Shown piece by piece: positions 24,770-38,500 of a DNA stretch of 64,000 bases. Origin of the DNA: Vitrella brassicaformis CCMP3155 (lineage: Eukaryota > Protista > Chromerida). The stretch covers positions 1 through 64,000 of the forward strand of contig CDMY01000223.1 in NCBI GenBank assembly GCA_001179505.1, read 5' to 3'. The translations under genes were made by a program, and so were the position numbers. The notes under the pieces are model-generated. The model saw only the letters and a list, made by a program, of their open reading frames with translations, did no database searches and was not told the origin of the DNA. The stretch's first letter is position 1, and each line of letters starts with the position of its first letter.

Positions 24770-27110
24770 TCATCGGCCGCGAGGCCCGCCCCGGGCCCCC
24801 CGCATTCCTCCTCTGTCCGCCCCTGCACCCCGGCCACGTCTGCCGGCATCGCCACGGCCAGCAGGCGGGCCGCCACCACGCCACCCACCACGCCCGCCGC
24901 CACGGTGGCCCGGCGAGTGGCTTGCCGGACTTCCCTCCCCTCCCCGGCCCCTCCCCGACGGCAAACCGCGCCCCTTCTCCCGATCGAAGTCGCGCCACGT
25001 CAGTCGACCGAATGGCGAGAGTACCGCCGCATACGGCGACGACGGCCCGGTCGGCTTGCCCTCAGCCCCCCGCTGATGATACGGGGTCTGGCCCTTGCTG
25101 CGGGCCTCGAGGCGCAGGAAGGCCTCGGCGGTGGTGATGGAGTCCATCTTGATGAATACGAAGGTGGGCGGCGAGAAGTGGGGGTTTGGGTTGGCCATGC
25201 GGCTGGCTGCGGGGCGCTCGATCTCCAACACCTTGCCGTTGGGGATGTGGTACTTGATGGCTTCGTTGAGTCGCTTCAGAAGTTTGTCGCAGTCCTTCTC
25301 GCTCAGCGTGTCGATGTCGTCGGGCGTGTCCGAGCAGAAGAGCCACTGGGAGGGCTCAATGGACCCCTGCAGCACCATAGGGGCCGCTCCGATGCCGGCA
25401 CCGTTGCGGAACACCTGCTGCGGCCGCTCGCGACCGTGGCCGTGGCCGTGGGGATGGCCCCCCGCCCCTCCCCCTCCCCCCTGATGGCCGGATCCAGCAC
25501 CATTCTGAAGGACAAACAGGCAGAGAAAGGTCATGAGATAGATAGATGGTGGGGCTTGTGGGGGTCGGTCTGTGCGTGTTGTGTGTCACCTGGGCTGGCT
25601 GTGCCTGGTGCTGGGGGCGTGGGTGTCGGGCCCGCGCCATCGAAACGCCTGGAAAGACAACAAGAACCGACAGACAGCCACGGTGGTCACGCGGGCAAGT
25701 GGATGTGAGTCCCCCGCCCCCCTCTGTCGCGCAATTGTGTGTCGCCTTACTTTCTTGGAGAGTTGGACCGGTGTTGTTGAGTGTGACCAGCGGGGCCGTG
25801 GCGACAACGGCACCCCCTGCACCTGACGACACATATAGTCACGCACATGTCATGCACGGCCATGGATGCGTCCTTGCTCTTTCCCTCTCTCCCTGCCCGC
25901 CTGCCTGCCTGCTTGCCTGCCTGGCTGGCTGGCTGGCTGGCCGTGCCTCCCACCTTCCCGCTTACGTGGCTGAACGACGACGGGCGGGCGGCCCACAACA
26001 ACACCGACCTGGTTGGCTCCAGCAGCCTCGTCAGCCCCGTTAGTCGCATCCTGGCCCTCGCCTCCATCGCCATCCGCCGCCCCGTTCTCCTCCCCCTCAA
26101 ACTCCCCGTCCTCGTCTGTCTCATCCTCATCCTCGTCATGCACCTCTTCGTCATTGTTGTCGGCGGGCGCCTCGGGGACCTCAGGCACCGGGGCAGCAGG
26201 GGTGGCCATGTCAGCCACCTGCTGCACAGGATCGCCCGCCGGCTGCTGGTGCGGGTCAGCAACTACTTGGCCATCGTGGCCTCCCTCCTGAGGGGCGGGC
26301 TGCTGTGGCTGCTGTGGCTGCTGTTGTGCCTGCTGCTGCTCGGGCTGCTGCTGTGGCTGCTGTGGCTGCTGCTGCTGCTCGGGCGATGGCGCGTTGTTGC
26401 CGCCACTCCCCCCGCTGCCGCCACTGCCGTTGCTGCCGTCTGAGGAGAGGGGCTCGAGAGGCGAGGACATGTTGCTGCTCCCGTTGGTGTTCTGCTGGCC
26501 GACCGACGTGGAGCGGATGCTGGTAGGGCCCAGGGGGAAACGAGGGCCGAATGCATGGCCGCCATAGTTGGGTGGGGCAAGGCCGCCCGCGGGCAAGGCC
26601 GGGTGCATGCCCCTATCGCGGAACTCCCCAGTGTCCTTGCTGACGAGAATGACGCAGCCCCCGTCCTCGACCGTGGGGACAAATGCCAACACAAACACGC
26701 GCTTGGCGGCCCAGAGGTGCCCGCTCAGCTGCAGGTGCATGCCCTCGACGCTCAGGCACCATCTGCCGGCCTCCCGGAAGACCGCCAACTGGAGGCCGTA
26801 CATGCGGGAGTGCTTGAAGCGCGTCTCGTAGGCCTCGTAGACGCGGCGGATGTCAGCTATGCCGCGGGCCTCGTGCACCTCGCCACCGACGTCGGTCAAA
26901 CGCATCTCAGAACCTGTTGGCAACAGACAGACAACACACAGACAACACAACACGGAATGGTGGGCCGATGCATCCCGCAGAGGCAGTCTCGCAGCTGTGC
27001 CGCTCACCAGGGTGGTAGAAGATCTCTGCGCAGGTCTCTGGCGCCTCGGACATGGTCTCCAGGAAGTGAGTAATCCAGGAGGCGATCAGGTTTTCGTACG
27101 TCAAGGCCAT
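24770..27110 (-). CDS. G3BP/Rasputin-like RNA-binding protein (NTF2-like + acidic/Gln-rich IDR + RRM-like + RGG tail)
   Basis: LIASWITHFLETMSEAPETCAEIFYHP/GSEMRLTD...EARGIADIRRVY...RVFVLA (NTF2-like). Poly-Q and DEDEDE acidic tract. QWLFCSDTP...TFVFIKMDSITTAEAFL (RNP2/RNP1-like). C-terminal GRGRGG/RGGWRGG/RGARGGPRGR repeats. Confidence 0.72.
26300..26390 (-). repeat. Coding (CAG/CAC/CCG) repeat encoding a poly-Q/QP tract
   Basis: EQQQQPQQPQQQPEQQQAQQQPQQPQQP in ORF 25850..27007. Confidence 0.85.
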
Positions 27111-27512
27111 GGCGCCCTCAACAACGCGATAGAGGTCTCAGACCTCTCCCTGCTGCTCCCGGGCAGAGGGGCGGGAAGACGACAAGGAATCCCTCTATTC
27201 TGTGGCTGTGCACACACAGGGCAGGCCAACAGACAGGAATGCGCACAGGAACTTGCTCCCGAGGGCGTGAAAGGTGACGTGGCGTGGCATCATACCCGAA
27301 CCAAAAATGAAAGAGAAAGACGACAGCCTAACTGTCCTCAGGACGGCCAACGTGATGATGAGCCAAAGGAAGGGCGCAGGGGAGCCATCAGACCGTCGTT
27401 TCAGCTCGCAAAGGGGCGAGCTTTTTTTTCGAGGGCGTTCGTTCGAAAGGGCCGGGAAGGGGACAATGCTTGAGGAGTGCTTGCGGCTAGTGGGAGCGAG
27501 CAGCGTCCAGGA

Positions 27513-30507
27513 ATGGTGCCATCTCAGCTCCTGAGTCATCTCTTCAGCATCTGCAGGATGCGCAAGTCCGCAATCCACACCGGCAAGTCGGGCGCCGACC
27601 CAGCGCACCGCATCATCGAGTCAACAGTCGACAAGCGCACCGGATCTCCCACACAGGCACACTCCTTCTTCGGCTCCTTCATCGACGCCCTCAGCGGCCA
27701 GCGGCACAACAGGGCGGTCGAGCACGAGCAGCAGGAGTCGTTGCTGGAGGAGTTTGTCAACATCGGCGAGAGGGCCAAGGCGGCCGACCACCGGGGGGAC
27801 GTTGCACAGGCCAGGCTGCTGTACCAGCAGGCTCTCGAGAAGGCGCGGCAGCTGCCCGCCTGCTACCCGCGGAAGGAGTCGGTGGACGAGGTGGTGCAGC
27901 GCTTTCGCCAGCGGCTGCGGGAGCTCACCACATCAAGTAGGACGGAGGGAGAATGAATGGGCGTTTGATGTCCTGACGCTGTGCTGTTTGGCCTGCCTGT
28001 GTCTGTGTCTGTGTAGGTCCTTCGTCTGCCCCTCCATATGCGACATCTCAGTCAGCAGGTGTGGCCCAGCGACGCAGGTCGGTCGCTGCGGGCGGGGCGG
28101 GGCGGGGAGCCGCCACACGACCCCCTGCTGCTGCCGGGGCGGGGGCAGCGGCACAACAGGTGAGTCCTCTCACAGGAACGGACCGATCAGCTTGCAATCT
28201 GTATGTGTGTGTGTGCGCGCGCGCGTGTGTGTGTGGTACGTCAGGTTGACGAGATGGAGCGTAAGATAGAGGAGAACATCATGGAGAGCACGGGCCATGT
28301 CGCATGGGACGATATCGGTGAGAAGACAAGACGACAGACAGTACACACGCGCGCACACACACGCGCCGACACACACACGGTGTACTTGGTGTGCCTTGTC
28401 TTGTGTTGTGGGTGTGCTGTGTGTGTCAGTTGGTTTGGATTTGGCAAAGAGTGTGTTGATGGAGACGATTGTGCTGCCGACACTCAACCCATCCGTATTC
28501 ACTGGACTCAGGACACCACCAAAGGGTCAGTGCAGCGCCACGAACGACAGATGCATGGATGGAGGCATTGACCGACCGACCGACCGACCGACCAGCCGGC
28601 CGGCCAGCTGAGCACCTCTGTGTGCCCTGTGTGTGTGTATGTCTCAGGTGTGCTATTGTTTGGCCCTCCGGGTAATGGTAAGACGTTCATCGCCAGGGCG
28701 GTCGCGTCGCAGTGCAGGGTAAGATCATATTCGTCCCACACACACTGGCATGGACGACAGACAGACACCATTTGTGCCGTCTGTCTGTCTGTGTGTGTGT
28801 GTGTGTGTGGCACACAGGCGACGTTTTTCACGGTCTCAGCCTCCTCCCTCACCTCCAGATGGGTGAGAAGGAGAGAGAGGCACACACCGCACTGCAGCGA
28901 TGGTGAGACGTCGCACTGGTCTGTCTGTTTGGTTGTGTCTGTCTGATGTGTGTGTGGATCAGTTTGGTGAGGGCGAGAAGCTTGTCCGTGCTCTGTTTGC
29001 TGTCGCCAGGAAGCGACAGCCATCGGTACAAGGCAGGCACACTCACACATGACTGGCAAGGCGGGGCGGGCAATCCAATCCCCTGAGTGTCCTGTCCTTG
29101 GTGTGTGTTGTCAGGTGGTGTTTATCGACGAGGTGGACTCCCTGCTGTCAGCCAGATCGCAGAGTGAGTGTGGTTACCACACACACAGACACAGATACAC
29201 ACACACACAGACACAGACACACACAACACCACCCCGTGTGATGTCCGATATTGTCTGCAGACGAGCATGACGCGATGCGGAGGCTCAAGACAGAATTCCT
29301 GGTGTGTAGGCTGGCACTGATTGACTGACATGCAAACGCATCCAAATAAGGGAACTGTCTGTCTGACTGTCTGTCTTTTCCTCGGTGGTGTGTGCATCAG
29401 ATAGCTTTTGACGGCGTGACGTCGTCCAAGCAGGACCGAATCCTCGTCCTGGGTCAGGGAGGGAGTGTGTCAACATCGGCAGCAAGCAACCAACACACTG
29501 CCATCTCACTCTGGTGGCGCTTGTGTGTCCTTCCTTAATTCAGGCGCCACCAACCGCCCCATGGACCTGGACGAGGCAGCACTCAGGCGATTTGTAAGCC
29601 ACACATACACACACAGCCGAGAGACACGACACACAAACAAGCCAGACAGACGGACAGACGGGAGACTGTGTGTGGGTCTTTGCTTGTTCTCATCAGCCGA
29701 AGCGGATCTTCATTCCTCTGCCGGAGCCTGGTGAGACACACGCGTCACATCGATCCCTGGGTGGCGCGACATCCATGTGTGGTGTTCCTGTCCGTTGGTG
29801 TGCGTCAGCGACCCGGAAGGCGCTGATTATGAAGCTGCTGGGCAAGAACAAACACGACCTCAAGGGACGGGCGCTCGACAGACTCGTGGCCGACACTGAC
29901 GGTAGGCATGCAAACAACGCAACGCAGCCACACACGCACGCGTGTTAACAACACGTCGGCTTCGGTTTCTGTGTTGGTTCCTTCAGGTTACTCTGCGAGC
30001 GACCTGACGGCCCTGTGCTCGGAGGCATCACTCGGCCCCATAAGGTTCGGCGGCCGGCTTTGCTTTGCATGTCGCTGCATTAAGTCTATCTATCTGCCGC
30101 TATCTGCTGTCTGTCTGTCTGTGTCAGGGAGTACTCGAGCGACCCGGCAGCACTCGCACGGATCAGGCCAGAGCAGGTGAGCTGAGCGAGCTGGATAAAG
30201 GATAACGACAGACAACACGAGATGCCACTCACTGTATCAGCCATCCACTCCACTTACTGCCGCTCTCTGTGTGTCGCTGATGGACGTCTTGCCTGCAGCT
30301 GCGCGCCATAAAGTACTACGACTTCGAGTCCGCCCTGCAGATGATCAGGCCGTCCGTCTCCAAGGTCAGTCGAGTCTCACATACCTGTGAACCGAGCCCA
30401 CATATCTACCTCTGGCCCCTGCTGACTGCGTTTCTTTGTGTCTTCAGGATGCCCTCGACCAGCTTGTTCGGTGGAACGAGCACTTTGGCGCATACAGTCC
30501 CGGATGA
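27513..30507 (+). CDS. SPAST: Spastin-like microtubule-severing AAA ATPase with N-terminal MIT-like helical domain
   Basis: [49 protein letters not shown] (Walker A), [20 protein letters not shown] (Walker B), [50 protein letters not shown]...WNEHFGA. About 14 exons. Fidgetin-like identity is not fully excluded. Confidence 0.85.
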
Positions 30508-31056
30508 CGATGACATGCGCACCGCGTCCATGGTGCCTGCCTATGTCGGTGCTGTGTCTGGGAGCGGGTCGATCTGGTGGAGGGCACATGAATGCAGGGG
30601 AATGTGTGTTTCTGCATGCCTTGGCTGTCGGTCGGCCGATTGCTGCTGCCGGGCCACCCCCGGGTGGGCTGCCGTGTGGGGATGGGCGGTTGGCTGGTTT
30701 GTCGGTTGGCGGCGTATTTGTGTAAGAGTGCCTGCCTTGTACAAACTGGACAGACAGACAGACAGACAGACAGAGGGTGGGGGCGTGGCGTTGGTTCATA
30801 AGTGAGTGAAGATGGTTTGGGAGACAGACAGACAGATGTCATGGCATTAGGACAGCAGACAGGAATGTCACTCCATAAATTATCAGATGCACTCACTCAC
30901 CGCACGCATCTCGGTTCCACAAAAGGAGTCCGACTCATGACTGGATGGATGGACAAACACTCCAGCGATTGATAAGACACCCACACCCACACCAACAAAC
31001 ACACACACACACACACGCTAGTCTACAGCGGCCCTCACAACACCATCATTATGATC

Positions 31057-34000
31057 TCAGCTGGAATATAAATCTGACACTCGCGTCTCCACCCTGTCGC
31101 CCTGCAAACCACCGCACCCCACCCAATGAACCGATCAACCGAATCAATCAATCAATCTCCCGCATTCTCTCTCTCTTCCTCTCTGTCTGTCTCACCACAA
31201 TGCGTGACACAAACTGCTCGGGCACTGGCAGCTCCACCTACACACACACGCACACACACACACGGCCAACCAACCCACCTCAATCAAGCACAAGTAAGTG
31301 CATGCCCATCCTGTGGGGGTGTGGGTTCTCTCATCTGTTCACTGACCAGGTCTAGGTCGTCATGTCCCTCTTTGGGGAAGGACACGGTCATTTCGCTGCT
31401 CTTGGAACTCACAATCTCCACAGCCTTGGACGCACGGGACATGTACAGCTGGCCACACCAAACAAACCCATGATGGACGGACGTCAGCCATGCAGACAGA
31501 CACGTGACTCGCGAGCCAAGATTGGATTGGATTGGAGGGAGGCTTACATGGACGCCGGTGCATTTGTCGATGGCAACCGAGGGAACCCTGGCAGGCAGAC
31601 AGACAAAGAGAAAGACAGACAGACAGACAGAGAGGCAAGGAGGCCGTGTGTGCGCAGTGTGCGTGGAGATGTGAGTGAGTGTGTCTGTCTGTGTCGGTGG
31701 TACCTACCTGCCCATGACTTGTATGTTGACATTTTCTGAGTTGACCACCTCCGCCACGGAGATGGCATCCTGACACACACACACACACACAGCTCACAGT
31801 TCCGTCCGATACGCATTAACACCCGCACGCCACGCCAGGCGCCCATGCCCACCTGTATGACGACGCTAGTGCGTTTGCACCGATCTGCAAACGCACGGAC
31901 AACACGATTCCCGTACGCCATCAGAACAGCCAGCCCTCCTGCCAGGTGTCTGTCTGCCTGTCTTGCCTACCGATTGAGATGCTCTTGACCTTGCCCTTGA
32001 CCTGCACACACACCACACACATATAAACACACGCACACGCAGAAGTGGTCTTCTCCACTGCCCATTGCCCATTGCCAGCCGGTCGGTCGTGTGTGTGCCC
32101 ACCTGTATGGTGCTCTTGTGACAGTTTGCGATGTAGACGGACTGCTTCATGGTCGCCTCATCCAACACAAACACGCCGGGGAAGTCAATGTAATTCTCCT
32201 GCACAGGGAACAAACAAAGAAACGCGGAGGATACTGCTACTAGCAGAAGAGACGGCGTGGTGGTGTGTGTCCTGCTGACCACGATCCAGTTCTCACGCTC
32301 GATCTCACACCGTGTAGGCTTGATAGGCCTGGCATCCGCCTTGCCGCCATTGGCCGCTGGTAGACAGATGGAACAGAACGCTCACACTTACTAGTTCGTC
32401 ACGCACCCCCAGTGCCATCCTCCTCCTCCTCCTCTCTGGCTGACCTGTCTGTCCGACATCCTTTGCCTCCTTGGCCGGCACCACAGCCTTCCTGTCAGTG
32501 CGGTTCTTGGTCTTCATGTCATCAGTCACGTGGCGCAAACCTGACACACATACAAACACCCGAACCAGCCTCTCTTTCTTTCTCTCGTCCCGCCTTCGCC
32601 CACCAGTGGTGCTGAAGGTCTTGAGCTCTCCCAGGACAGCTGTCAGACCACCACCACCACCACCACCTCCGGGAGCCTTGGGCTGCTCCACAGGCACTAT
32701 CTTGGGCGGCGTCTGCCTGGGTGGTGGGGGGCGGGGCGGGGCGGCCTTGCCGGGCCTCGCTGGGGGGGCAGTGGAGGGAGCCAGGGATGGTGCTGGTGTA
32801 GGTGGTGGGACGGCCACGCCCCCTGTCGGCTTGGCTTTGTCGAGGGGGTGGTTCTGGAAGTAGCGGACGGGGTCGCTGCCCTGGGGGTTCCACGTCAGAC
32901 CTGACGGATGGAAGGAGCAGAAACGATCTGGCGAAGTGGGTGGGGTTTGGTCGGGTCGGCTGGTGGGTTGATGTGGGTGTGGCTGGGCTAGATACCCATG
33001 TAGGTACCTACCTGTTTTGTAATATTCGCTGAGGAATGCCTTGAGTGCATTGAGGCCGCCCTTGACGCCCTTGACCCACGATGACTGGGCATCCTGCCTG
33101 AGCAGATGAGAACGAATAAATAGCAGTGACCGAAGGAATGCAATACGTCTGTTGTGGATGTGTGGTGGTTTACTTGAGCTTGAGCACTTTATTGCCGTGG
33201 AAGTCTGCAGTCTCGATGCACATCTGCACGTGATCGCCGGGGGCCTGCACGACAGTCATAACAGCACAAGCAAACAAAGACGATGACCATCCAGTGGCCC
33301 CCCGCCATCTGCATCTGTGCTGCTGTGCCGTTTGTTGGTGCGTACCGGTGTCCATATGCAGGTGAAGACGTTGAATGCCTCAGCGACAAACTTCTGGTGG
33401 GGGAAGTAGTCGCTGCGGTTGTCACACCGAGAGGCCAGATCCTTGCCCACACCTGACAATTATGCGTCAAATAAAGAGATTGTGTCTGGTCTGGATGTGG
33501 TGCCGTGCCCATTTTGTGTGTCCATCTCTTCTCTCACTGATGAAAGGCTGGAAGATGCCCTGAATTTCATCGTCTTTGGGCTTGCGGCAGACGAGGGCGC
33601 CCTCGAACACAGCACCAAGATACCCAAACCCTCGCACCAACGCGGCGGTCTGCCCACAAACACAACGCAACAAACCAGACCAAACACACCTCCCGCGCAA
33701 GTGTCCTCTGCTCCCCTCCTGTGGCTACTCACCCCCTCCTTGACGTCCTTGATGCCCGTGGCCTCTGCCAGCGCCCCCAGCAGCAATATGCTCTCCTCCA
33801 CCATCTGTCGGTATGCCGCCACCTTCCTGTCGGTGTAGCCCTGTCGGCCGGCCGTGGGGCCGGCCGGAGGGGAGAGGGCGGCGAGGGCGGGTGAGGGTGA
33901 GGGCGTGGCGGGGTCTGGGGAGGCCGAGAGTGCGGGTGAAGCTTCAGGGATGATGGCCTGGAAGGACAGCCCGTTGTCGTTGTCCTTGTCAGGTGGGCAC

Positions 34001-35266
34001 ATCTGGAAGTAGAGGAGGGGGTCCATGCCGGTCTTGTTCCAAGACACACCTGACACATACCGATGCCCATACACCCATGTACGGCGAGACGACCAACACA
34101 AGGGGATGCACGCCCAAAAAGTGTATGCGACCGCACCTGTCTTGAAGTGCGCAATGGCCCATTTCTTGAGATCCAGAAGCACGCCTTCCACGGCCTTCAC
34201 CCACGCCGTCTGTGTGGGGTCTCTGATGACACAGGCATCAGTGACACACACACGATGACAGGCCTCCCCTCGACGTGTGCTGTGCGGTCTCACTCACTTG
34301 AGCTTCAGGATCTTGATGCTGTGGAAGTTGGCCGCCTCGTAGAAGGTCTGGATGTGCTCAGAGGGATTCTATCGTACCGTGGCACCCAACACACCACACC
34401 ACACCACACCACACAGCAATCAATATGCACACGTGACTGAAGTAGATCTGCTCCTGACATACCGGTGACCACACGAAGGACAGTGCACTGAGGGCCTCGC
34501 CGACGACCTTCTGGTGCAGGTCCAGGGGGCCGTGTTCGAACGCCTTCACCTCACGGGCAGCTTCTGACACCCATCACACGCATGGCATGGCATGGTAGCC
34601 ACGCAGCCAAGGGAGATCGATCAGTGTCGTGTGCATACCGATGAATGGTGCGAAGATGATGCCCTTCTTGTCTTCGGGGTCGTGGCACGTCGCCACACCC
34701 ACCAGCAGGGCGCGCAGCATGGCGATATGCCGGCAGTAAATGTCACTCTGCACACCCACCACAACACCACCACAATGCAACACTCGTCTGCCTCACCCAC
34801 ACTGCACTCAACTCACCAGTTTGCTCAGTTGGTCGCCCACGGCGCTGGCCTTGCCCTCGATGTCGGGCAGCCACCGCCCCTTGAGCTCGTCAAACTCCTT
34901 GACGAAATCCGGCAGCTCACCCGTGGCCGACGGCCGGTGATGCACAGACGGCAAAGGCGAGGGCGCCATCGATGTCGTGAGGATCCCCGCACTCTGGCCG
35001 GGCGCACGTGACTCACTCACCGTCGCTGCTGCGTTTGACTCGGCCCGCAGGAGGGCCGGGCTGGGTGCGTCCCGAACCACAGACTGCCAGAAGGGACACA
35101 AACAGATCGGATGAATGGGTGAGGCCCGTCATTGTGCTGTGTTTGTGGTGTGTGCGTGTGTGCGTTTCCGTACGTCTCTGTATGCCTCGAGTGACCGGGC
35201 GATGCCTTCGAGCCGCCCGACGACATCCTGCAGGTCTTGCAACTGAGATGTCTTCTCCGGCTCCAT
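31057..35266 (-). CDS. CAP: Adenylyl cyclase-associated protein (CAP/Srv2) with oligomerisation coil, two tandem N-terminal helical domains, Pro-rich region, WH2 and CARP domain
   Basis: MEPEKTSQLQDLQDVVGRLEGIARSLE; HFD1 ...HQKVVGEALSALSFV...EAANFHSIKILK...WVKA...HFKTGVSWNKTG; HFD2 ...HQKFVAEAFNVFTW...ETADFHGNKVLK...WVKG...YYKTGLTWNPQG; PPPPPRQTPP; LTAVLGELK..TGLRHVTDDMKTKNR; SVYIANC, VKGKVKSISI, IVSSKSSEMTV, PVPEQF. Confidence 0.92.
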
Positions 35267-35541
35267 CGTGCGCACAAACAATCAGCTTGCTGGTCGCTGC
35301 TTCTCACAGGCGGTTGAGAGGCAGTTGACGGTCCGCTGCTGAAGCCTCAAGGGAGGAATCCGAAAGGTGCCGAAAAAAAGATGCCGTGACGAAGAGGCCG
35401 ATTTGACTACAGATCTGCGGCGGATCTGAGGCACTTAACACGGCCGCTGTTTCGGGGGGAAGCAAAGGCCGCTGCACCACACCGCATTTGCGAGCTTGGA
35501 TGAGGAACTGTTTGGTGAGTGTTGTCTGAGTGTGTGTGAGG

Positions 35542-38500
35542 ATGGCGGCTACACCGCAGCACCTGTATGACGTCATGTGGTACTCATCCGCTTTCCTCGA
35601 CCTGCCCGAACTCCTCAAGCTCGAGACAGGTGATCCCCACGAGCAAAGCAGCAAGGAGGAGGGTGGTGCACGGTGGAGAAAGGCCAGGAGGGCACACTGC
35701 TGAAGGCCCATGAATTGATCTGCCGCTCTTGTGGATGGTTTGTGTGCCGGGCAGTTTGCAAGCAGATCAGAGCCCTGCTGCACCCCAAGAACTCATCAGG
35801 CGTCTGGCAGCTACAGGTACCTGTGGCTGCACACGCGAGCACGGGCGCCTTGTACAGCCCCACACACATCCGTCCTTCGTTGATGCGTCCGTCCGTCTTT
35901 GTCTGTGAGGGCAGTATCGGCGCTCCTTCGGCAAGAAGACCAACATCAGACTCATCCAAGGCAGCGCCCACCACCCCCGCCCCTCACCGACAGCCGCAAA
36001 CGCTTCCAAGTACACCCCTCTGCCTGAGGAATCCTACCGCGGTGCCCTTCGTCGAGGCACAGCGCTCAAGAACTTCGCTGTCAACCCATCTTTGGGTGAG
36101 CTGCGGTGGGGCCAGGCCAAGTGTGTGAATCCGAGGGATGAGATGAAGCGCAGCCGATCGAGCATCTTCGTCCTGCGCGGATATCTGTATGTGTTCGGTA
36201 AGTGCGGTAAGTAACCAACCACCATGCCTTATTCCCTTTTGCCGTACTGGCTGGCTGGCTTGTTTGTTACTGACTGCTATGGATCGTTTGTTTGTCTGTT
36301 TGGTCAACTATTAAATCAGGTGGTGTGGTTGGCGGCAGAGATGAGCACAAGAGCTACAAAACCGACCTATGGCGGTAAGTATGGGTACATGAAACACGCA
36401 ATCACAGGCACTCACTATCTTTCTACCCATGCCTTGATTGACAGTTTGTCGTTGCTGTCCCTGCTCTGCACCGGCAAGTACAAGTGGCAGCAGTGTGTGG
36501 TCGACGGCACCCCGCCCGCATCGTCCGACTCCCTCACCCTCACATCCATCAACCTCGAATCGCCCCTCCCAACGCACACCGCCCGGCCACCGTGGCCACG
36601 ACGCTTCTTTGCAGTGGGCGGGCCGACCGGCCCTCGTGATATGCGAGACAGGGACGACCTCTGGGGTGTGTTGGAGATCGATCGCAAGACCGGTGGAGAT
36701 GAGCACGGTGGCAGCGTGCTGCAGTATCGGTGGTTGAGCAAGCGAGAGCTGCAGGAGGGCCAGCAGGAGGTCACCAAAAAACGACGAGTCTCTGCGCTCC
36801 ATCGGTGGGCGAAAGGACGCAGAGAGCGGGAGAGAACGAAAGTGCGTCTGTGTTGGTTGATTGCAGTCGCTTCTTCACGGAGAACTTTCGACGCCACTTC
36901 ACGTGTACGTTTGTGCCCATCCGGTCGTTGGCACACCCCAAGGGCTACATCTTCATCTTCGGCGGCAAAAGCAACACGACTGAGTGGGGCAGAGCAGCCA
37001 GTTGACCGACATAACGACGCATGCTATTCCCGTGTTGTCTGCTCCTCAGCGAAGCGTTGGATTCCTCGATCATCGTCGACGTGGCGACCTGGTCGTTCGA
37101 CGACAAGTGAGAGCCTTCCATTCCCATTCCCCGCCACGACCACTCTCATATTGTCTGTCTGCCTGTCTGTCCGTGTCAGCGACGAGTAAGAAGCTCTCCC
37201 ATTCGCCACCACAGCTGACCTTTGTCACCTTGTCTGTCTGTCTGTCTGTCTGTGCGTGTCAGGGATCATGAGTTGTTCGACCTCCACCCGACAGCCCGTC
37301 TGAACCACACGGCCACCCTCGTCAAAGACCGCTATGTCTTCATTATCGGCGGAGAAGGCAAGCTCAACCAATAGATGTGGTGTGTTCTCGTGCCAGCTGG
37401 AGTCAGACAGCGCCCCTTTTGGTTGTATACATGTATGGTGCAGAGTGGCACCTCGGGGACGGTGAGGATTTTTGGAACGGCGAGCCGCGTTTCGTACCTG
37501 CCCGTTTCGTGCAGCCTCCAAGGCTGGACATATTCGACGGAAATACCAAAAAGTTCGCCTCACCACATCGCTGGTTATGACACTGCCTCTTTGCCGTGCT
37601 GTGTGTGACAGGTGGATTCGATTCGATCGCCTCCCATGGACTGCCCGCGGCACCAACCCGAGTGTCGATGGTCAGTGACACTACCGGCTCACACGCAGAT
37701 GCAATACACCTGATTTTCTTCTGGTCAGCGGCTGTCGGGCCCTACCTGCGGGGTGTGGACAAACGGCATCTCGAGCACCGATGTGACTTCGCCCGCCACA
37801 CAGCTGTGCTGGCAGGTCAGTGGCAGGCAGGCAGGCAGGCAGGCTGGCGGAGTAGGAGAGGCTGGCACTTTTGTGTGTGTGGGCCTCTGTGTTGACTTGC
37901 AGGTGACAAGATCGTCATCAACTTGCCCTACGCCCACCACGAGGAGGCCGACCTCGGAGTGTTGGGGGGCCTCAAGACCATCACCTTCGACACCAAGACT
38001 GGCCGATTCAGCAAGCCGGCATTCGCCACACGGCCTCAGAAGATGTCCGCCACAGCCCCACCCCCCGGCACGACCCCGCATCCGACGCCAAGCCGCCCCT
38101 ACAAGCCCTACGAGCCGCCGCCTGCAGCGTGTGCAGCTGCCGTGTGGACGGGCAGGTGGGTGGGTGCTGTATGCTGTATGCAAAGACGGACATGGTGACA
38201 CTCCCGTCCATCCATGTCTTCGTTGGTTGCAGTGAGTTGATTCTGTACGGCGGTGGGAGTCTGCTGGATGAGGCGTGGAGGAAGGGCGACTTCGACCTAG
38301 AGTACGACAACGACGCCCGGCATGACCAGAAGAAGCACTCCGAGGTCAGTGTGCTGGGCGTGATGGATCGCAAAAGGACCAAAGACCAGATTGTACCCGT
38401 AGATCGATGCCAGGAGGAGGTACAGACACACAGGAGAGCATCTCCATCCCCTCGATCGGCTGCGTCGTTGTGCATTCATGTGTGCAGGTGTTGCCGTTCA

